Shown: positions 51,286-61,525 of the stretch, piece by piece
Layout: the number at the start of each line of letters is the position of its first letter
How positions within the stretch are numbered: the stretch's first letter is position 1
Origin: Squalus acanthias
Taxonomy: Eukaryota
Direction: 5' to 3'
DNA length: 64,000 nucleotides
NCBI GenBank assembly: GCA_030390025.1
Contig: JASTWF010000033.1
Span: 3,908,001 to 3,972,000, forward strand
Position numbers and translations under genes: made by a program
The notes under the pieces: model-generated
What the model was told of the DNA's origin: nothing
Database searches by the model: none
What the model saw: the letters and a program-made list of their open reading frames with translations, nothing else

Positions 51286-52876
51286 CATAGAATCATAGAA
51301 TCATATAAATTTACAGCACGGAAGGAATCCATTTCTGCCCATCGTGTCCGTGCCGAGCAACAAAGAGCTATCCAGCCTAATCCCACGTCCCAGCTCTTGC
51401 TCCGTAGCCCTGCAGGTTACTGCATCCCAAGTGTACATCCAAATACTTTTTAAATGTGGTTAAGATTTCTGCCTCTACCACCCTTTCATGCAGTGAGTTC
51501 CAGACCCCCACAACGCTTTGGGTGAAGACATTTCCCCTCAAAACCCCTTTAAACCTTCCAATTGCTTTAAATCTATGCCCCATGGTATTTGACCCATTCG
51601 CTAAGGGAAATAGGTCCTTTCTATCCACTTTATCTAGGCCACTCATAATTTTGTACATCTCAATATAGTCTCCGCTCAGCCACCTTTGTTCCAAGGAAAA
51701 CAAACCCAGCCTGTCCAGTCTTTCCACATAGCTAAGATTCTCTTTACCCGGCAATATCCTTGTACATCTCCTCTGTACCCTCTCTGGTGCAATCACATCT
51801 TTCGTGTAATGTGGTGACCAGAACTGCACGCAGTACTCTAGCTGAGGCCTAACTAGTGTTTTATACAGTTGAAGTATAACCCCCAACCCCCTGCTCTTGT
51901 ATTCTCTGCTGTACGTGCCCTGATAGTGTTTGACTGGACAGTGTAGTCATAGAGGCACAGAAGGAGGCCTTTCTGCCCATCAAGACGGTGCCGGATCTTT
52001 GTGAGCAATCCAGCCAATCCCATTCCCCCGCTCTATCCCCGTAGCCCAGCACGTTTATTTCCCTCAATTGCCTATCTAGTCTCCCCTTGAAAACATTGAG
52101 TGTTTCCGCTTCCACCATTCTGGTAAATCTCCTCTGCAACCTCTCATGGACCTTCACATACTTCCTAAAGTGTGGTGACCAGAATTGGACGCAATTTTCC
52201 AGTTGTGGCCTAACCAGCACTTTATAAAGGTTCAACATAACTTGTCTACTTTTGTACTCAATACCTCTATTTTGAAGTCCAAGATCCCATATGCTTTGCT
52301 AACCACTCTCTCAAGATGTCCCGCCACCTTCAGTGACCTATGCACATTAACTCCCAGGTCCCTCTGTCCCTGCGCACTCTTTAAAACTGTGTCATTAAGT
52401 GTATATTGCCTCTCCCTGTTCCTTCTGCCAAAATGCATTAACTCACTCTTCTCTGTAGTAAATTCCATCTGCCACTTGTCTGCCCATTCTGCTAGCCGTT
52501 CTATGTCCTGTTGCAGTCGACTGATATCATCATCACTGTTTGCCAAACCCCTAGTTTGGTGTCATTCGCAAATGTAGTAATCTACGCTGTATTCCAATAA
52601 CAAGGTCATTTATATATATCAAAAAAGCAGTGGCCCCAGCGCTGACCCTTGAGGAACACCACTGTCTAGCATCATACAGTCTGAAAAACAGTCATTTACC
52701 ACAACTCGCTCTTTCCTGTCCTTAAGCCAATTCCTTATCCAAGCTGCCTATTCCATGAGTCTCACTTTTGTTTACCAGCCTTCTAAGTGGTATATTGTCA
52801 ACCGCCTTCCTAAAATCCATGTAGACAACATCCATTGCATTCCCTTCAGCAATCCTCTCTGTTACTTCATCTAAAA
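51286..52876 (-). mobile_element. Two CR1 fragments (51286-about 51908 with intact 3' tail; about 51945-52876)
   Basis: ORF track 51377-51886, 51861-52238 and 52232-52546; ATAGAATCATAGAATCAT tail. Confidence 0.92.
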
Positions 52877-53411
52877 GTTGTAGAGGGAGCTTTACTCTCT
52901 ATTTAACCCTTGCTGCACCTGCCCTGGTAGTGTTAGAAGGGACAGTGTGGAGGGAGTTTTACACTGTACCTAACCCCGTGCTGTGCCTGCCCTGGGAGTG
53001 TTGGATGGGGAGAATGTAGAGGGAGCTTTACCCCCTATCTAACAGGCGCTGTACCTTCCCTGGAAGTGTTTGTAGGGAGAGTGTGGAGGGAGCTTTATTC
53101 TGTATCTAACTCGTGCTGTAACTGCCCTGGGACTGTTTGATGGGACAGTGTCGATGCAGCTTTACTCTGTACCTAACCCGTGCTTTACCTGCCCTTGGAG
53201 TGCTTAATGGGACTGTGTAGAGTAAGCTTTACTCGCTATCTGACCCATGTTGCAACCGCCCTGGGAGTGTTCGAAAGGACAGTGTCGACTGAGCTTTACT
53301 CTGTATCTACCCCGTGCTGTACCTGTCCTGGGAGTGTTTGATGGGACAGTGTAGAGGGAGCTTTACTCTGTATCTACCTCGTGCTGTACCTGCCCTGGGA
53401 GTATTTGATGG

Positions 53412-53556
53412 TCATGATGCGGAGATGCCGGTGTTGGACTGGGGTGGACAAAATTGAGAGGTCTCACAACACCAGGTTATAGTCCAACAGTTTTATTTGA
53501 AATCACAAGCTTTCGGAGCTATCGATTGCTCCTTCCTCAGGTGAAGTAAATTAGAT
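53412..53556 (-). mobile_element. 145-bp Penelope-like 3'-terminal insertion with 12-bp TSD
   Basis: AGTATTTGATGG at 53400-53411 and 53557-53568; terminal ...GTCCACCCCAGTCCAACACCGGCATCTCCGCATCATGA. Confidence 0.9.
53503..53544 (-). ncRNA. Minimal type I hammerhead ribozyme motif, intact core
   Basis: tcac-CTGAGGA-a-ggagc/aatcgata/gctcc-GAAA-gc-tt-gtga. Confidence 0.78.
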
Positions 53557-53580
53557 AGTATTTGATGGGACAGTGTAGAA

Positions 53581-55955
53581 ACATGGCAACATAGAAAAAA
53601 AGGAGCAGCAATAGGCCATTCGGCCCTTTGAGCCTGATCAGCCATTCAATATGATCATGGCTGATCTTCTATCTCAATACCATATTCCCGCTCTCTCCCC
53701 ATACCCCTTCAAGCCTTTTCTGTCTAGAAATCTACCTATCTTCATCTTAAATATATTCAGTGAATTGGCCGCAACAGCCTTCTGTGTTAAAGAATTCCAC
53801 AGGTTCTCCACCCTCTGAGTGAAGAAGTTCCTCCTCATCTCAGTCCTAAATGTCCTATCCCGTATCCTGAGACTGTGACCCCTCGTTCTAGACGCCACAG
53901 CCAGGGGAAACATCCTCCCTGCTTCCAGTTTGTCTAGCCTTGTCAGAATTTTTTACGTTTCAATGAGATCCCTTCTCATTCCTCTAAACTCTAGTGAATA
54001 CAGACCTAGTCGACCCAATCTCTCCTCATACGACAGTCCTGCCATCCCAGGAATCAGTCTGGTGAACCTTCGCTGCACTCCCGCTATGGCAAGTACATCC
54101 TCTCTTAGGTAAGGAGCCCAAAACAACACACAGTACTCCAGTTGTGGTCTCACCAAGGCCCTGTATAATTGTAGTAAGACATCCTTGCGCCTGTACTCAA
54201 ATCCTCCTGCAATGAAGGCCAATATACCACTTGCTTTCCTAACTGCTTGCTGCACCTGCATGTTTGCTTTCAGTGACTGGTGTACAAAGACACCAGGTCC
54301 CTTTTACATGAACATTTACCAAACTGTCACCATTTAAATTATACTCTGCCTTTCTGTTTTTCCTACTGAATTGGATAACTTCAAGTTTATCCACGTTAAA
54401 CTGCATCTACCATGTATTTGCCCACTCACTCAACTTGTCTATGTCGCCATGAAGCCTCTTTGCATCCTCCTCACAACTCACAATCCCACCTAGTTTCGCG
54501 TCATCAGCAAACTTAGAAATATTACATTTGGTTCCCTCATCCAAATAATTGAGATATATTGTGAATAGCTGGGGCCCAAGCACTGATCCCTGCGGTACCC
54601 CACTAGTCACCGCCTGCCACCCCGAAAAAGACCCATTTATTCCTACTCTCTGTTTCCTGTCTGTTAACCAATTTTCAATCCATGCCAGTATATTACCCCC
54701 AATCCCATGTGCTTTCATTTTGCACACTAACCTCTTATGTGGGACTTTATCAAAGGCCTTCTAAAAATCCAAATACACCACATCCACTGGTTCTCCCTTA
54801 TCTATTCCACCAGTTACATCCTCAAAAAACTCCAGTAGGCTTGTCAAACAAGAATTCCCTTTCATAAATCCATGTTAACTTTGTCTAATCCCGTTGATAT
54901 TGTCCAAGTGTCCTGTTGTCACATCCTTTATAATAGAAACCAGCATTTTCCCTACTACTGATGTTAGGTTAACCGATCTGCAGTGCCCTGTTATCTCTCT
55001 CCCTCCTTTTTTGAATATTGGGGTTTCATTTGCCAACCTCTAATCTGCAGGAACCGTTCCTTAATCTAAAGAATTTTGGAAGATGACAACCAATGCATCC
55101 ATTATTTCCATGGCTACCTCTTTTAGTACTCTGGGATGTAAATGATCAGGCCCTGGGGATTTATCAGCTTTCAGTCCCATTAATTTCTCCAGCACTATTT
55201 TTTTTCTAGTACTAATTTGATTTAATTCCTCCTTCTCACTAGACCCTTGGTTCCCTAGGATTACTGGAAAGTTATTTGCGTCCTCTTCCGTGAAGACAGA
55301 ACCAAAGTATTAGTTTAATTGCCCAGCCGTTTCCTTGTTCCCCATTATAAATTCTCCCGTTTCTGACTGTAAGTGACCTAAATTTGTGTTCACCAATCTT
55401 TTTCTTTTTACATACTTGGAGAAGTTTTACAATCTGCTTTTATGTTCCTTGCAAGTTTACTCTCATACTCTATTTTTCTCCTCTTAATCAATCTCTTGGT
55501 CCCTTCTTGCTGAATTCTAAACAGCTCCCAATCCACAGGCTTGCTACTTTATATGATTGGATCTAATAATATCCTTAATTTCTTTTGTTGGCCATGTTTG
55601 GGCCGGTTTTCCTTTTGTGTTTTGCACCAGACATGGATATATAACTGTTGCAATTCATGCGTTCATTCATTAAATGTTAACCATTGCCTACCCACCGTCA
55701 TGCCTTTTAATGAATCTCCCCAATCTATCATAGCCAACTCACTCCTCATACCTTCGTAGCTTCCTTTGTTTAGATTTAGGACCGTAGTTTCGGATTGGAC
55801 TACTTCACTTTCCATCTTAATGAAGAATTATATTATTTTATGATCACTGTTCCCTAAAGGACCCCGCACAGCAAGCTTATTAATTAAACCCTTCTCATTG
55901 CACAATACCCAATATTGGATAGCCTGTTCCCTAGTTGGCTCCTCAACGTACTGTT
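53581..55955 (-). mobile_element. 5'-truncated CR1 (mirror of 18105-20390)
   Basis: ORF track 53674-53913, 53953-54261 and 54407-54727. Confidence 0.95.
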
Positions 55956-57310
55956 ATAAAAACCCTGGGCGTGTTTGAAGGGATAGTGTAGAGGCAGGTT
56001 TACACTGTATCTAACCCATGCTATAACCGCCCTGGGAGTGTTTGATGGCCAGGGTAGTGGGAGCATTACTCTGTATCTATCCCGTGTTGTACCAGCAATG
56101 CGAGTGTTTGAAGTGACATTGCAGAGGGAGCTTTACTATGTATCTAACCCGTGATCTAACTGCTCTGGGAGTGTTTTTTGAGCCAGTGTAGAGCGAGCTT
56201 TACTTTGTATCTAACCCGTGCTGTCCCTGCCCTGGGAGTGTTTGATGGCGAGGTTTATAGGGAGCTTTACTATTTATCTTGCCCGTGCTGCTGCAGTCCT
56301 GGGACTGTTAATGGAACAGTGTAGAGAGAGTTTACGTTGCGTCCAACCCCCTGAACCTGCCCCGGGAATTTTTGATTGGACAGTGTAGATGGAGCTTTAC
56401 ACTGTATCAATCCGTGCTGTACCTGCCCTGGGAGTTATTGATCGGTCAGTGTAGAGGGAGCTTTACACTGTATCTAAAACGTGCTGTACCTGCCCTGGGA
56501 GGTATTGATGGGACAGTGTAGAGGGAGCTTTACTCTGTATCTAAACCGTGCTGTACCGGCCATAGGAGTGTTTGATGGGACAGTGTAGAGGAAGCTTTAC
56601 TCTGTATCTAACCCGTGCTGTACCTGCCCTGCGAGTGTTTGATGGGACTGTGTAGAGGGAGATTTACTATTTATCTAACCCGTGCTCTACCTGCCCTGGG
56701 AGTGATTGATGGTACAGTGTCGAGGGAGCTTTACACTGTATCTAAACCATGCTGTACCTTTCCTGGGAGTTTTTGCTGGGACAATGCCGAAGGGGCTTTA
56801 CTCTCTATCTAACCCGTTCTGTACCTGCCCTGGGCGTTTTCGAAGGGACAGTGTAGAGGGAGCTTTACTCTTTATCTAACCCGTGCGGTACCTGCCCTGG
56901 GAGTGTTTGATGGGACAGTGTAGAGAGAGCTTTACTCTGTATCTAACCCGTGCGGTACCTGCCCTGGGAGTGTTTGATGGAACAGTGTAGAGGGAGCTTT
57001 ACTCTGTATCTAAACAGTGATGTACCTGCCCTGGGAGTGTTTGATGGAACAGTGTAGAGGGAGCTTTACTCTGTATCTAAACAGTGATGTACCTGCCCTG
57101 GGAGTGTTTGAAGGGACATTTTACAGGGAGCAATACTCTGTATCTAAACAGTGATGTATCTACCCTGGGAGTGTTTGAAGGGACACAGTAGAGTGAGCTG
57201 TACTCTGTATCTAACCGGAGCTGTACCTGCCCTGGGAGGGTTTGAAGTGACATTGTACAGGGAGCTTTACTCTGTATCTAACCCGTGCTGTACCAGCCCT
57301 GGGACTGTTT

Positions 57311-57789
57311 ATGTCACGATACATGACGTGATCCGGACTCGAGTCGTCGTTGGCTTGTTCACAGATGTGATTCCCAGTAAAAAAGTAAACATTTTCCCAG
57401 TAAAAAAGTAAAAATTTTAAAGCTTTTCGTTTTACATACAGGCAGCTTTTGACACGTTAGACCCCCTGCGACTCCACCTCGTTGTCTCAGTTGTATCTTG
57501 CTATGTCTTTGATGTGGTACCTTCCTGGCTGACCTGATTAACTTTATCACACCTCAGCAGATAGTCAGGATGATTTAATTTAGTTGTCTGCAATTGTAAG
57601 GTACACATGCATTGTTCTCTATCTATATATGCTTTGGCGATTCTGTATCGTTTTACTTCACCCGACGAAGGAGTAGTTAGTAAGCTCCGAAAGCTTGTGA
57701 TTTCAGATAAAACTGTTGGACTATAACCTGGTGTTGTGCGACCTCTCAATTTTGTCCACCCGAGTCCAACACTGGCATCTCCGCATCAT
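57311..57789 (+). mobile_element. 5'-truncated Penelope-like element (last ORF codons plus 3' region)
   Basis: Begins (F)MSRYMT*, matching the GFMSRYRT* ending at 58424. Direct repeat GACTGTTT at 57303-57310 and 57790-57797. Confidence 0.88.
57658..57700 (+). ncRNA. Hammerhead ribozyme motif, U4C core variant (probably inactive)
   Basis: tcac-CCGACGA-a-ggagt...gctcc-GAAA-gc-tt-gtga. Confidence 0.6.
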
Positions 57790-58164
57790 GACTGTTTGAA
57801 GTGACATTGCACCGGGAGCTTTACTCTGTACCTAACTCGTGCTGTACCTGCCCTGGGAGTGTTTGATGGGACAGTGTAGAGGGAGCTTTACTCTGTATCT
57901 AACCCGTGCTGTACCAGCCCTGGAAGTGTTTGAAGGGAAATTGTACAGGGAGCTTTACTGTGTATCTACCCCTTTTTTCATAGGTTCTGATGGTCAAAAT
58001 ACTATCTTTCACTCAGACTAAATGTAGCATCATGACTGCTCCTGGCTCAGTAAGTTTCCCTGATCTACCCTGTTCATGATGTGGAGATGCCGGCGTTGGA
58101 CTGGGGTGGACAAAAATGAGGAGTCGCACAACACCAGGTTATAGTCCAACAGATTTATTTAATT

Positions 58165-58203
58165 TTACAAGCTTTCGAAGCAGTTCGCTCCTTCGTCAGG
58201 TAA
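58165..58203 (-). ncRNA. Minimal type I hammerhead ribozyme motif, intact core
   Basis: ttac-CTGACGA-a-ggagcg/aac/tgcttc-GAAA-gc-tt-gtaa. Confidence 0.78.
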
Positions 58204-58423
58204 GTTAGCAATGAGAGAATCTCCCAGAATTCACAATTTAAACACAGACAATATCTATTCACATTATTCCCTACAACAAAGAGCACAGCCAAGACAATGA
58301 GATGTGTCCCAGGGGGTCCAACGTGTCAAACCACCTGCTGGCTGCATATCCTGTCAATTTGTGTTCTTGTGTTAGGCTTTTTAAAAAAAAAAAACACCTG
58401 GGAAGACCGGCCATGATGTCAAG

Positions 58424-58597
58424 TCACGTTCTGTATCGTGACATGAACCCGATATCGCGATTGAGGCCATCCTCATGAGTGCGGAACTTGGCTATCAGTT
58501 TCTGCTCTATGATTTTGCGCTGTCGTGTATCTCGAAGGCCGCCTTGGAGAACGCTTACCCGCAGATCCGAGGCTGAATGCCCCTGGCTGCTGAAGTG
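58424..58597 (-). pseudogene. C-terminal fragment of Penelope GIY-YIG endonuclease
   Basis: Manual translation: HFSSQGHSASDLRVSVLQGGLRDTRQRKIIEQKLIAKFRTHEDGLNRDIGFMSRYRT* (HF..GH, E..I..F.T...GLN.D pattern). Confidence 0.9.
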
Positions 58598-58627
58598 TGA
58601 ATTCTGGGAGATTCTCTCATTGCTAAC

Positions 58628-58666
58628 TTAACTGACGAAGGAGCGAACTGCTTCGAAAGCTTGTAA
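58628..58666 (+). ncRNA. Hammerhead ribozyme motif in the inverted PLE end (intact core, stem I closing mismatch)
   Basis: ttaa-CTGACGA-a-ggagcg/aac/tgcttc-GAAA-gc-tt-gtaa. Confidence 0.68.
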
Positions 58667-59369
58667 AATTAAATAAATCTGTTGGACTATAACCTGGTGT
58701 TGTGCGACTCCTCATTTTTACCCTGTTCATGGTTAGCTTATTTAAACGTTTCTTCACTTTATTGGAACTTATCTTATCTCTCTTATTCTACCTTCCCTGG
58801 TACAAGCAGTACACGGCCTAATACCAAGTGTGCCAATTCAGAGCTGCCTCGCTTGCCTTGACGGTGTCCAGAATATCTCACTTTGAGCTGCCAAGTGGAT
58901 ACTTTTACTCACAAGATCTCGTACATTTTTCATCTTTTACAATAATTATCTTTCAAATATCTTTGCAATTAGTTTTGTTAATCGTAATCTAATTCCTACT
59001 TCGCATTATAATCAGTTATTAGTATTTAAAATGTTATTTAACAATTTAACCTTCACTCGCAGCCTATGGCTGTTTGTTATCTGAGCTTAGTTAAAACTGC
59101 TGTTTAACTGCCCTGTGGCTGCATTCGAACAGTCTTTAGCCTTTCCATACTCACAGAGAATGATGGGTAAGATTAGTTGGTCAATGGCTACACTTGAATT
59201 TCTACATATATGATTCCCATCCACGAAGGCACTCTAATATCAGCATTTTGTGCAAGTCCCCACCTCGAGGATGAAATGTTTTAAACATTGATTCCTCAAC
59301 TACCTCAATCTACTTTCTGACAAGCATTGCTGTAAGTCTACGTTATGAACAGTCATAGCACGCCTAGAA

Positions 59370-61491
59370 ACTCTATGGATTACACTCCGCAGATAGCATA
59401 TCATAATCAATACGATAAACGTTAATATAATTTGGATGGGTTAGATTGCCATAAAAAATCATTCTGTACAGTGGGTGTTGTCCCACCAACTGCAACTCCC
59501 TCGGGTCATAATCACTCTCTGGGTTCTATCATTGCTTTGTTGCACCTGGACCAATTGTATTTGTGAAGTTGAAGTTCTCGCTATAATGGCTTTAAGATTT
59601 CGGGATAGGGGTGGAATTGGATGTCCAAAGTTAACCACTGCTCTCAGGGCTTCTGCTTGCATTGAAAAGCTCACTCTTAGTTCGGTAATATTGTGAATTA
59701 TTACCGGTAGGAGGGTGTGGCTGCCTATTCGGACCATTTGTGTGGGTTTAAAACAAAAGGTAGGTAATCTATTGTACATTCATCCTGCCATGCTGGTATG
59801 ATAAAGCTCGAGTGGTGAAGCATAGATGCCCATTTGTAGATAAACGTAATTTATCCGGGCTAATCCCCACCTCTGCACATTCATACTACAGAGGGGTGAG
59901 TCTTAGCCTAGTTTGAATCCACAGGCGAGCCGATAGGGTGTCCTGACATCGCACCTGCACATGTAAACCCCACTATATTCGGTGCAGCACCCCATATTTG
60001 GACTGTCCCAGGTATCATTTCGCTTTATCAGTGTGAGGGTGGGGGGCGGTGATGAAAAGAATTATGGAACCTTCCTTCCAGCATGCCTATCGATTCCACT
60101 TTAAATACTTCGCACGGCCTCATCTTGTGCAACTGCGGCAGCCACAGTACGACAGGAACGATTGGCTGACTGTCATAATCCCCATTTCCTCTCACCAAAT
60201 ATACTAATCCCTGTTTTCTTGCCTCTTTTACATTATAGTCCTAATCATAATGAATCAATTTCCTAATCAGGGAATCGTTGACAAATGAGGAGACTCGGTT
60301 GCGTTCTCTTTCACCTAATCCTGCCATTAATTGATCCATCATATAACTCCCGTAAATTGACCAGACCATAGCTCGTGAGATGTCTTGTTCTGTTTTACTA
60401 ATCCCTTTTGTCGCATTGTTAAAATGATCCTCAATTTGTCTGTATATGTCTGTTTAGTCTTGTGTGCTTATTAGCATATTCTCTAATTCCTGTATGGTGT
60501 CTGAATCTCCCTTATTCATGTTAGATAGAAAGCCTTTCAACTGTCTCCTCATTACCTCGTCATGTTCCCACATAGTTTCTATATCCACCCTGTACGGCGC
60601 ACCGGTTCCCGCAGTGGCTCCTAACCATTCCCCCCGTGCCTCTTTTTATTCTAAATTGGCTGTTGTTATTGCCTGAAATGTTGACCATTACGTAAGTCTG
60701 TCCTACAGCCCAGGAACCCCATCTGTCTTGTGCATAGTTTTTATATAAAAAGTCCTTTATAATTTTCCTCACCTAGTGGTCATAATATCCACGGTGTCCT
60801 TTAGGACATAAATTTCTGGGAAAGGGAATACCTGTAAAATTAAAAATTACCGGAATAATTTAGTACCGAATCCCCCTATACAATTGTTTATAGCTACGGG
60901 TGAGAAACAATCCATTTGATGGTCCTTTTGTTAATAATGGGCATCCCTTATTCTTATGCTTGTCGCTTTTCCTTTGTAACCTTATCTCCTCCGTTCTTCC
61001 CTTGATCTCAGCCGTTGCATTTGTCGTTGCCTTGGTCTCCCTCTTGGCTCTGCATTAAAGCATTCTACTATTCCCCTATGTCTTTTACCTATTTTGGGAC
61101 AATTTAGTTTATCCAAGCGCTGTCCCAGATATGGGATCCCCAAACTATTTGGTGTAATCTTAACCATTTCCTTGAACCCAAATCCTTGACCTACAAGCTT
61201 TCCTTTTCCTATATGATAATTTAGGGTTACTCGAACATCGTCTTTAGTACATAGACCCGCTATTTTAACCCCTTCGCCCTCTCTGGCCCGTAATACAAAG
61301 CCCCATCGGTCGTATTTCGCGTTCATAAAAATCACAGTACACAGTCATATCTCATGCTGAGCCGTTCCCCATTCTAACGACGGCATATCGTCGGTTGGCA
61401 TCTTGACTCCATTCTGGATGATGATAATGTTTGAAGTCTGCTCCATACCAACAAGCATCAGAAGTCCCACTATGCGTCTGAGTCCTGTCAT
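59370..61491 (-). pseudogene. env: Retroviral env pseudogene
   Basis: ATG 61491 MTGLRRIVGLLMLVGM (signal-like); furin-type RIKR at 60652-60641; Gly/Ala-rich GTG-EWLGATAGTGA; helical stretch; Cys cluster; WWD then hydrophobic segment. Many stops and frameshifts. Confidence 0.82.
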
Positions 61492-61501
61492 TTTGGCAAA
61501 C

Positions 61502-61517
61502 CTGGAGGAGTAAAGAG
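61502..61517 (-). promoter_or_regulatory. Candidate env splice acceptor
   Basis: CTCTTTACTCCTCCAG|G between the pol stop (61526) and the env ATG (61491). Confidence 0.55.
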
Positions 61518-61525
61518 TGCAGCAT

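Larger units (their letters stand above)
52877..53580 (-). repeat. 67-bp tandem array interrupted by a PLE fragment
   Basis: Mirror of 20391-20864. Confidence 0.95.
55960..57968 (-). repeat. 67-bp tandem array (expanded relative to 17321-18100), interrupted by a PLE
   Basis: About 22 units versus about 12 in the left arm. Confidence 0.95.
58079..58718 (-). mobile_element. Penelope-like element with inverted terminal copy and 13-bp TSD
   Basis: TACCCTGTTCATG at 58066-58078 and 58719-58731; 58596-58718 is an inverted copy of about 58113-58235; the site is empty at about 17211-17223 in the left arm. Confidence 0.93.
34493..60575 (-). repeat. Right arm of large inverted segmental duplication
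   Basis: Reverse-complement homology to 15353-33992 ends at CATAG 60571-60575. Confidence 0.93.

Noticed and set aside
15353..60575. Giant DNA transposon (Polinton/foldback) with long TIRs
   Set aside because: No transposase, polymerase or capsid genes and no TSD; the arms consist of decayed retroelements.
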